NCBI GenBank assembly: GCA_009692465.1
Contig: SHZD01000001.1
Coordinates: 18,218-82,217 of the forward strand
Direction of reading: 5' to 3'
DNA: 64,000 bases
Source: Myxococcales bacterium
Lineage (GTDB): Bacteria; Myxococcota_A; UBA9042
Part shown: positions 46,493 through 54,429 of the stretch, one piece after another
Layout of the letters: every line of letters begins with the position of its first letter
Position numbering within the stretch: the stretch's first letter is position 1
Program-made: the position numbers and the translations under genes
The notes under the pieces: generated by a model
The model's database searches: none
What the model was told of the DNA's origin: nothing
What the model saw: only the letters and a program-made list of their open reading frames with translations

Positions 46493-47767
46493 ATGGCAAT
46501 CACAGCAGAAATTCGAGTGGGCGCTGACAAACTGGACTTGCCTGTTATCGTGGGCAGCGAGGGCGAAGTCGGCATTGACATCGGGACCTTGCGTGACAAG
46601 ACGGGCGCGATCACCCTCGATCCGGGTTATGGCAACACCGGCGCCGGCGAAAGCGCGATCACTTTTCTCGACGGCGAGCTCGGCATCTTGCGCTACCGTG
46701 GCTACCCGATCGAACAGTTGGCTGGTTCTGCCTCCTTTCTCGAAGTGAGTTGGCTGCTGCTCAAAGGCGAATTGCCGACGGCAGCCGAACTGGCCAATTT
46801 GATTGCCGCCGAGCGCGCAAACCGTGCTGTACCCGATCATGTTCAGGCAGTGTTGGCGGCATGTCCGCAAAACACCCATCCTATGGCGATGTTGGCGTCG
46901 TGCATCGTGACGTTGTCCTCCAGTCACAGTGACGAAGACGATGCGATAGCCGGATTGCCGGCGAACCAGCTGCGGTTAATGGCCCAACTGCCCGTGATCG
47001 CGGCGTATATCTACCGCCGGAGCCAGGGTTTGCCTTTGGTTCCGCCGGACAGCGAGCGCGACTATGCGGCAAACTTCCTGCACATGATGTTTGCAGGTAC
47101 TGGCAAGCAGTCAGATGACGTAGCGATTGCTAACGCTATGGATTTGTTGTTTATATTGCACGCAGACCACGAGCAAAATTGCTCAACTTCAACTGTGCGG
47201 CTCGTCGGTTCGTCGCAGGCGGACTACTTTGCTTCGGTTGCCGCAGGCGTGTGTGCGTTGTGGGGTCCGTTGCACGGTGGCGCCAATCAAGCGGTCGTCG
47301 AAATGCTGGACGAGATCGTGCACCGCGGCGGCAAGGTAGACTGGGTGGTGGCTCAGGCCAAAGACAAGGCTTCGGGATTTCGGCTCATGGGCTTTGGGCA
47401 TCGCGTCTACAAGAACTTCGATCCCCGTGCCAAGCTGATCAAGGTGCAGGCCGATGTGGTGCTCGACAAGTTGGGCAAAGACGACGAGCAACTCGATCTG
47501 GCTATTGGCCTAGAGCACGCGGCCTTAGCTGACGAGTATTTCGTGCAGCGCAAATTGTACCCCAATGTCGATTTCTATTCGGGAATCATCTATCGGGCGA
47601 TGGGATTTCCGCAAGAGATGTTCACCGTGCTCTTTGCCATCGGTCGTCTTCCGGGCTGGACTGCACACTGGAACGAACACAATGCCGGCAAGGCGCGCAT
47701 CGGTCGGCCGCGGCAAATCTACACTGGCCGCAATGCCCGCGATTTTGTGCCGCTGCAAGCCCGGTAG
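46493..47767 (+). CDS. gltA: Citrate synthase (type II)
   Basis: MAITAEIRVG.., GFGHRVYKNFDPRA and LYPNVDFYSG. GAGGAAA lies upstream of the ATG at 46493. Confidence 0.95.
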   Translation: MAITAEIRVGADKLDLPVIVGSEGEVGIDIGTLRDKTGAITLDPGYGNTGAGESAITFLDGELGILRYRGYPIEQLAGSASFLEVSWLLLKGELPTAAELANLIAAERANRAVPDHVQAVLAACPQNTHPMAMLASCIVTLSSSHSDEDDAIAGLPANQLRLMAQLPVIAAYIYRRSQGLPLVPPDSERDYAANFLHMMFAGTGKQSDDVAIANAMDLLFILHADHEQNCSTSTVRLVGSSQADYFASVAAGVCALWGPLHGGANQAVVEMLDEIVHRGGKVDWVVAQAKDKASGFRLMGFGHRVYKNFDPRAKLIKVQADVVLDKLGKDDEQLDLAIGLEHAALADEYFVQRKLYPNVDFYSGIIYRAMGFPQEMFTVLFAIGRLPGWTAHWNEHNAGKARIGRPRQIYTGRNARDFVPLQAR

Positions 47768-47838
47768 AAGCGAGTACGGAAGCGAGTACGGAAGCGAGTG
47801 CGGAAGCGAGTACGGAAGCGAGTGCGGAAGCGAGTACG
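47767..47838 (+). repeat. Tandem 12-bp repeat, 6 copies (GAAGCGAGTRCG)
   Basis: Units start at 47767, 47779, 47791, 47803, 47815 and 47827. The repeat begins at the last base of the gltA stop codon, and copies differ only at the R position. Confidence 0.9.
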
Positions 47839-48009
47839 GCTCCACCAAGTCGCGGTGCAGCCGGACATTTCTCGGACTGGCTTGTCCCTAATTCAGCACC
47901 GTGCGGAATCTGAGCAGCCGCGAGCGTGACTCTTGGGGCATGCTGTTGCTACTATTGCCTGTGAAATGCCACGCCAACGCCGAATAGTTCAGTTGTTTCT
48001 CAGGGTTTG

Positions 48010-49986
48010 ATGATTTCATTTTCCAAATCGTCTGCGTCATCAACGTTGGCTAGCTTGCTATGCTGCGCGTGCGGTCTGGGCGAAGTTGGCGCCGATCACG
48101 ACGCTTTTGCGGCGGCTCAGGCAGCCAAGCGCGCCGCCTTGGACACCGTTGACACTACAGAAGAAGAGACATCAGAGGACTCCCCTGGTCGGCGTCAAAC
48201 TGAAATTCAGGAGATTGCGGGGGAAGGCGTGCAACCGAGCCACGACGAGTTCTTGGATGACGCAGATCCAGACGGCTCAAGCCCATTCGACTTGGCAACT
48301 GTCGATGTCGGACCCCAGTGCAAGAGCGTCGACGATTGCGCGGCTGGCGCCGGCCCGTGCGTGAAACGCGAGTGCAATAACGGTAAATGTGTTTATCCAC
48401 CAGTGACTTGCCCCCCCGCGGCTGGTGATGACTGCGACGTTAACGAATGCGATCCGGCGACGGGCGAGTGCAAATTCGGCGGCAAGCCAGACGGCACAGC
48501 CTGCGATGACGGCATCTCCTGTACATCGGCGTCAGAATGCAAAGGCCAAGCCTGCGTCGGCACGGTAGTTGACTGTGACGATGGCGATGCATGTACGGAT
48601 GAGAAATGCACATTTGCCGATGGATGCAAGTCAACGCCCAAAAGCGCCGCCTTGTGCGACGACGCCAATGCCTGCACCACGGACAAATGCGAACCAAAAT
48701 CAGGCTGTGCTTACAACAACTTAACGGCCCAAGAGCCGTGTAGCGACGACAACGTGTGCACGGTCGGTGACGCATGTCTGGCTGGCAAATGCAAAATTGA
48801 GTTGCCTCAACCGTGCGAAGCTTCTACGGTTTGTAGCACTTTGACCTGCGACGCCAAGCTCGGCTGCGCGATTCCTCCGGTGCTCGCTTCGACAGGGACA
48901 CAATGTGCCGCCGGCGGTTACGGTTGCGTGGCTGGCGTATGCAGCAAGCTGTGGGCCACCGCTGTAGCGGTCGGAGCAAGCCATGCCTGCGCACTGCAGT
49001 TTGGTGGCACATTGGCCTGTTGGGGCAGCAACTCGACATTGGCCATTGGCGGCGCGGCCCTTACTGACCAAATCACGCCGACGGTGGTCGTGCCAAAAGG
49101 CGTTGTGCAAGTGGCTGTTGGCACAGGATTTACCTGTTACATCGTGGCGTCTGGCGCGGTTATGTGCCGCGGCAAGAATGACCACGGCCAAGCGGGCGCA
49201 AGCCCCGGATCGCCAGTCGAAAACCCAAAAGAAGTCAAGCCATTGGTCTCCGCAACTCTGATTGCCGCTGGTGACAGCCACGTCTGTGCGCAAGCGGGCC
49301 CCGTCGGCAACGAAAAAGTGTTCTGCTGGGGGGCAGGCACCAACGGCCAACTGGGCAACACTACTTCGATTTCGGACGAATTCTCACCACAAACGGTGTC
49401 TGGCCTCGGCAAAATCCAGGCACTTGCAGCTGGAGGCGGAAATACCTGTGCCTTAGTCGATGGTGTTCCGTACTGTTGGGGCAGTGACGCGTTCCCATGG
49501 GCCAATCCCAAGGCCAGCCCCAAAAAAGGTGCCCCCGCGCCTGTTCTCGACGTTGACGGCTTGCAATCGCTTGTCGTTGGCACTCAACACGCGTGCGGCT
49601 TGTCGGCGTCGAAATTGCCGATCTGTTGGGGCAGTAACAGTTTGGGGCAGTTGGGCACACCAGCGAATGCCGGCCAAATCGCGGTGGTCAAACCGACGTT
49701 TGCCAACGTAATTGGTCAGTCCGCCGCCACTGGTCACAGTTGCTTAGTCCTCAGCGGCACCGGCGCCGTGGTGTGCTTCGGCAGTTGGGCCGCGGGCCAG
49801 TTGGGCGAAGGCAATTTCAGCAGTCCGGCAACCGTGATAGCTGGCGGCGCCGTGGCCGTCTCTTCGGCCGGCTATGCCACTTGTGCCCGCATGGCCGACG
49901 GCAGCGTGAGCTGTTTTGGCGCGGGTCCCAATGGCACACCGCTCGCAAATTTCACCGTGCCCGGATCGGGTCCCGTGCCCAAATGA
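48010..49986 (+). CDS. Exported protein: N-terminal Cys-rich (CxDxNxCTxDxC-type) repeats plus RCC1-like beta-propeller repeats
   Basis: CDDGDACTDEKC, CDDANACTTDKC and CSDDNVCTVGDAC repeats. These are followed by six or more units such as HACALQFGGTLACWGSNS, VFCWGAGTNGQLG, PICWGSNSLGQLG and VVCFGSWAAGQLG. Confidence 0.8.
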   Translation: MISFSKSSASSTLASLLCCACGLGEVGADHDAFAAAQAAKRAALDTVDTTEEETSEDSPGRRQTEIQEIAGEGVQPSHDEFLDDADPDGSSPFDLATVDVGPQCKSVDDCAAGAGPCVKRECNNGKCVYPPVTCPPAAGDDCDVNECDPATGECKFGGKPDGTACDDGISCTSASECKGQACVGTVVDCDDGDACTDEKCTFADGCKSTPKSAALCDDANACTTDKCEPKSGCAYNNLTAQEPCSDDNVCTVGDACLAGKCKIELPQPCEASTVCSTLTCDAKLGCAIPPVLASTGTQCAAGGYGCVAGVCSKLWATAVAVGASHACALQFGGTLACWGSNSTLAIGGAALTDQITPTVVVPKGVVQVAVGTGFTCYIVASGAVMCRGKNDHGQAGASPGSPVENPKEVKPLVSATLIAAGDSHVCAQAGPVGNEKVFCWGAGTNGQLGNTTSISDEFSPQTVSGLGKIQALAAGGGNTCALVDGVPYCWGSDAFPWANPKASPKKGAPAPVLDVDGLQSLVVGTQHACGLSASKLPICWGSNSLGQLGTPANAGQIAVVKPTFANVIGQSAATGHSCLVLSGTGAVVCFGSWAAGQLGEGNFSSPATVIAGGAVAVSSAGYATCARMADGSVSCFGAGPNGTPLANFTVPGSGPVPK

Positions 49987-50705
49987 GCGCGGTGAAACAG
50001 CCGTCGGTATCGCTGATCTACCTGTGTCTCAATGAGGAACTGGCCCTCGATGCCACCCTGACTGAGGCGGTTGAGTTCTGCGCCAAGTACTTGAACAACT
50101 GGGAGATTCTTGTCGTCGACGACGGCTCGGTGGATCGGTCGGCCGAAATCGTGCGCCAGTGGTCGCTCACTGAGGCCCGGGTGCGCTTGCTCCAGCACGA
50201 CCGCAATCGCGGCATGGGCGCTGGGCTGAAGACCGGAATCCGCGCGGCAACAAAGCAGTATTTTTGCATGCTTGCCGCTGACGGCCAGATTCCAGCTGCC
50301 GAGTTGGCCAAGATGATGCCGGCTCTGGATCAAGCGCCAATTGTCCTTTCGACTTATGGCAATCGCCCCAATAACTGGCTTCGTACAGCCATGTCGCGCA
50401 GTTTTCGTGTGTATATGCGGGCGTTGATCGGCGTCGATTTTGCTTTGGAGGGCACCTATCTCTTTCCAGTGGCCTTGGCGCGCGACGAAATTGGTCTGCA
50501 CACCATTGGCGCCGACTCGTTTTTTTTCAGTTTTGAGTTGATCACCCACGCAATTCGGCGCGGTTACGCGACCGCGGATACCTTAATTTCCAGCCTGCCG
50601 CGCGGCGACGGCACTTCGTCAAGGGTCGCGAATATCAAACAAATTCGTGCAGTAGCCGCCGAAGTTGTCGATTTTCGCCGCCGTGACCGCGCGCTGAAGC
50701 GGTGA
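49983..50705 (+). CDS. Glycosyltransferase family 2 (DPM1-like)
   Basis: VSLIYLCLNEE, VVDDGSVDRS and NRGMGAGLKTG. The ATG overlaps the upstream TGA (ATGA). Confidence 0.85.
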   Translation: MSAVKQPSVSLIYLCLNEELALDATLTEAVEFCAKYLNNWEILVVDDGSVDRSAEIVRQWSLTEARVRLLQHDRNRGMGAGLKTGIRAATKQYFCMLAADGQIPAAELAKMMPALDQAPIVLSTYGNRPNNWLRTAMSRSFRVYMRALIGVDFALEGTYLFPVALARDEIGLHTIGADSFFFSFELITHAIRRGYATADTLISSLPRGDGTSSRVANIKQIRAVAAEVVDFRRRDRALKR

Positions 50706-50908
50706 CGCCACGCCCCGATTTTCGCGGTGCGGCCTCGCGCGGCCAGCCAAATCCTTGACGTCCAGCGAGCAAAATTGCAACTTGCTGATGCCGCGCAGCA
50801 TTTATTGGCTGCCGGCCGCGACTGCTATTCTGAATCTACCTTTGCAATTTCAGCTAATTACCCCGCTTCGTGCCCACCAGCTTTGCCGTCTTGGAGTCCA
50901 ACTTCACC

Positions 50909-52816
50909 ATGAGCGATAACGTCTATCTGGATAACAGCGACCTGAAGTTTTGGATCGAGCACGGTGTCGAGTGGGAACCCCTGATTGACCTATGTGAGCA
51001 TGGTGCCAAACCCGAAGATCGGCCGGCGAGCGTGCGTGAGGCGCGCGATAGTTATGAAGACGTGCTCAAGGAAGTCGGTAAATTCGTTGCCAAACAGGTA
51101 TTGCCATTTTCGCGCAAGATTGATCAAGAAGGCACGCGGATGGAGAACGGCGAAGTGATCACGTCGCCGACTATGGAAAAGGTATTCAAAGGTTTGAAAA
51201 AACTGGATATCTTTGGCCTGCCGGTCCCGCGCGAATTAGGCGGCCTCAATACGCCGGTCGCCGTGTATTTGGCAGCAGCAGAGATGTTGGCGCGTGCTGA
51301 CGTGTCGTGCATGACCCACTTCGGCTTTCACACCGGGATCGCGGTATCGCTGATGATGTATGCCGTGCGCGATCCGCGCTCGCGTTTTGAAAACGGGCGG
51401 CTGATTTCAACGCCCTATGATGCGGTTATCAAAGACGTTTTGAAAAATGGCGAGTGGGGTTGCATGGTGCTGACCGAGGCTGGTGCGGGCTCGGATTTGG
51501 CACAGATTAAGACGACAGCCGTCGACGCAGGCGCTGGCAATTGGTTGCTGAACGGCGAGAAGATTTTTATCACTTCGGGGCACGGTCAGTACCAGTTGGT
51601 GTTGGCAAGGACGGAAGACTCGGAGAAAGCCCGTGGTCTCAAAGGACTATCCTTGTTTCTGTGCCGGCAAAAAATCGACGGCAAGGTTAATGTCAAGATT
51701 TCCAAAGTCGAGCACAAGATCGGGCACCACGGCTCGCCGACTGCGGTTTTGGTGTACGAAGACTCGATTGGTGAGCTCATTGGTCGGCGCGGAGAAGGTT
51801 TTGAGCTGATGCTTTTGCTCATGAATTCTGCGCGTTTGGCGGTCGGTTTTGAGAGTTTGGGCATTTGCGAGTCAGCACTGCGGTCGGCAAAACAGTACGC
51901 CGCCGAGCGGGTGACCATGGGCAAGACTATTGATCGTCATGAAATGATTGCTGATTACATGGAAGACATGGACCTGTACTGCAAAGGCCTGCGAGCGATG
52001 TGCTTTGAGGCGGCGCAAAAAGTCGAAAAATCAGTGAAGTTGGAGCAGATTCTCAAGCACGATCCGCCCAAGGACGAGGCCGAACGGGTGGTGCTGGAGC
52101 GCAAAGTGGCACGGCTCAAGCGCCAAGCCCGCGATATGACGCCGTTGCTCAAATACATTGGATCCGAGCAGGCGGTCTACCAAGCCAGGATGGCGATGCA
52201 GATTCTGGGCGGGGTCGGCTACACGACGGAGTTCTTGCCTGAGAAACTGCTGCGTGACGCCTTGGTGCTGCCGATCTACGAAGGGACCAGCCAGATCCAA
52301 TCGCTGATGGTTCTCAAAGACCAACTGATGCAAGGTTTGCGCGATCCGCGACGGTTTTTGGTCAAGATGGCCCGGGCAAATTGGAAGCGAGTAGCCGAGA
52401 ACGACGGTTTGGAGAAACAACTTTCCAAGCTATTTGCGTATAAGTATAAGGCGTTACAGACAATTCTACTGCGTATCGCCCGCAACAAGCTGAGGACCAC
52501 CTACGACATGCCGATTGGCGATTGGACCGACGCGCTGTTTTCTCAATGGGACGCCAAAGTCGATTTTGCCCCAGGATTGCTGCACGCGGAGCGCTTGACC
52601 AAGATTTTGGCCGACGTTGCCATGGCCCGCGTGCTCGTTAAGTACGCGAATCGACATGGTAAGGAGTTTCCGCAGCGCCTAGTTGAGGCTGAGCGTTTCA
52701 TGAAGCGCTCGGAATTGCGCTGCCGGTATTGGCTCAGCGAAATTGAAGAACACGGCGCCGATTTGCTGGCCGATTTGGCCGCTCTTGAGCCTTCAGTACC
52801 CGCCCAAGCCGCCTGA
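50909..52816 (+). CDS. Acyl-CoA dehydrogenase (large, about 635 aa form with C-terminal extension)
   Basis: LTEAGAGSDLAQIKT, GEKIFITSG, YEGTSQIQ. Confidence 0.9.
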   Translation: MSDNVYLDNSDLKFWIEHGVEWEPLIDLCEHGAKPEDRPASVREARDSYEDVLKEVGKFVAKQVLPFSRKIDQEGTRMENGEVITSPTMEKVFKGLKKLDIFGLPVPRELGGLNTPVAVYLAAAEMLARADVSCMTHFGFHTGIAVSLMMYAVRDPRSRFENGRLISTPYDAVIKDVLKNGEWGCMVLTEAGAGSDLAQIKTTAVDAGAGNWLLNGEKIFITSGHGQYQLVLARTEDSEKARGLKGLSLFLCRQKIDGKVNVKISKVEHKIGHHGSPTAVLVYEDSIGELIGRRGEGFELMLLLMNSARLAVGFESLGICESALRSAKQYAAERVTMGKTIDRHEMIADYMEDMDLYCKGLRAMCFEAAQKVEKSVKLEQILKHDPPKDEAERVVLERKVARLKRQARDMTPLLKYIGSEQAVYQARMAMQILGGVGYTTEFLPEKLLRDALVLPIYEGTSQIQSLMVLKDQLMQGLRDPRRFLVKMARANWKRVAENDGLEKQLSKLFAYKYKALQTILLRIARNKLRTTYDMPIGDWTDALFSQWDAKVDFAPGLLHAERLTKILADVAMARVLVKYANRHGKEFPQRLVEAERFMKRSELRCRYWLSEIEEHGADLLADLAALEPSVPAQAA

Positions 52817-52836
52817 TGGCCATGATCTGGCCGAAG

Positions 52837-52977
52837 TAAGGAACTGTGACAGAACAAGTTGTTCTGTCACAGGGTTCCATTTGCTTGCTAGGTGGGTCGC
52901 AAGCTCGCGACTTTGCAAGTCGACTCGCCGCTCCGGCAAAAATCAAATCGATCGACTTAAATCGTCACAGTTCCTAA
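52837..52977. mobile_element. 135-bp TAA-flanked inverted-repeat element, near-identical inverted copy of 6136-6270
   Basis: TAA(52837-52839), the element (52840-52974) and TAA(52975-52977). It matches the reverse complement of 6136-6270 at 134 of 135 positions by my reading. Confidence 0.85.
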
Positions 52978-53049
52978 GTTTGTTTCAACGTGAATTTGCC
53001 CCGCTGGCTGTCGAGCTTTTTTGACCGCCAGTGTCCAGCGGGCTGTGGG

Positions 53050-54429
53050 CTACACGTCGAATATTTTTCCCGGATTTAGCACGTTGCTGGGGTCAAGGGC
53101 CGCCTTGATAGTCCTCATCATTGCGATCTCGGCTGGCGAGCGTGTCACCGACAAGTACGCTTTCTTGCTCAGCCCGACTCCATGCTCTGCGGACAAGCTG
53201 CCACCAAACGAAGCAACAATTGCATACAGTTCTGCGTCTGCTTCGGCACACGCCAGTTGCCATTGCGTCGCAATCAAGTCCAATGGCGCCAGCGTGTTGA
53301 CGTGCAAGTTGCCATCACCAACGTGGCCGAAGAGCGCAACTTCCCACTGAGGGCGATTCTGCCTGAGCCATCCAGAAACGCGGTCCGCCAGCTGGGCCAA
53401 CTGAGAAATGGCGACAGCCACATCGTTCTTGTGCGGGCGAAGTGGCTGTAGGCTTTCACTAATCCGCTCGCGATACAGCCACAGTTTTCGCGCTGCGTTG
53501 GCATCGATGGCCACGACGGCGTCGATCACCACATCGTTGGCTGCGCTGAGCCACAGCGCGACGTCCATCTGGCTCGGATTCTCCAAGTCGATCAAGGCAT
53601 AGGCTTCGCTGTGAGGCAGTGGCCGCGGCAGGCCGGTATGGCGGAGCACTTGGTCCATGCAGGTGGCGCTGAAAAACTCGAAGGCATTGAAAATAATAGG
53701 TTGCTCACGAAGGCGAGCAAATAGGTCGAGCACCGCCGGCAAATCGCGGCAGGCGACCAGTGCCACTTCGCTCTCGCGGGGAAGCGGCGCCAAGGCCAGG
53801 GTCGCGGCAGTAATGATGGCCAGCGTGCCCTCTGAGCCCACGATGAGCTGGCTTAGCGCGTAGCCGCTGTTGTCCTTGTGCAGCGCACCGCCCAGTTGCA
53901 GCAATTCACCTGTTGCCGTAACGACTTGCAGTCCAAGCATCCAATTGCGGGCGTGGCCATAGCGCAGCACCTTGAGGCCGCCCGCATTGGTCGACAAATT
54001 GCCGCCAACCGTGGCCGAACCTTTGGAGGCCAAATCGACTGGCCACCACAAGCCGTGCAGGGCGCAATGTTCTTGAAGGACTTGGTTCGGCACTCCGGCA
54101 CCGACCGTCACACTGCGATTGAGCGGGTCGATACTGCCCAGCGCCCGCAGTCGGTCGAGAGACAGCACGACTTCGTTGGCGCTTGCCATCGCGCCCGCAG
54201 CCAAGCCTGTGCGTCCACCCGAAGGCACGATAGGGCAGCCAACAGCACGGCAAGCATAAACAATTTCAACTACTTGCTCGGCTGACTGCGGCCAAACGAC
54301 GGCACTGGGAGCTGGCGCAATTGCCCGGGTCCAATCGCGGCCCCAGTGCCTCAGATCGTCGGGCTCAGTGCTGATACCCGATTCACCAACAATGGCACGA
54401 AGTTGCGCGAGAAGTGCCTGACTCGTCAA
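53050..54429 (-). CDS. FAD-linked oxidase (GlcD / D-lactate dehydrogenase-like)
   Basis: The FAD_binding_4 region has PSAVVWPQSAEQVVEIVYACRAVGCPIVPSGGRTGLAAGA. The C-terminal FAD-oxidase_C region has GHVGDGNLHVN and GGSLSAEHGVG. The start is uncertain; I chose the TTG at 54429, which overlaps the upstream TGA. Confidence 0.8.
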   Translation of the reverse strand: MTSQALLAQLRAIVGESGISTEPDDLRHWGRDWTRAIAPAPSAVVWPQSAEQVVEIVYACRAVGCPIVPSGGRTGLAAGAMASANEVVLSLDRLRALGSIDPLNRSVTVGAGVPNQVLQEHCALHGLWWPVDLASKGSATVGGNLSTNAGGLKVLRYGHARNWMLGLQVVTATGELLQLGGALHKDNSGYALSQLIVGSEGTLAIITAATLALAPLPRESEVALVACRDLPAVLDLFARLREQPIIFNAFEFFSATCMDQVLRHTGLPRPLPHSEAYALIDLENPSQMDVALWLSAANDVVIDAVVAIDANAARKLWLYRERISESLQPLRPHKNDVAVAISQLAQLADRVSGWLRQNRPQWEVALFGHVGDGNLHVNTLAPLDLIATQWQLACAEADAELYAIVASFGGSLSAEHGVGLSKKAYLSVTRSPAEIAMMRTIKAALDPSNVLNPGKIFDV

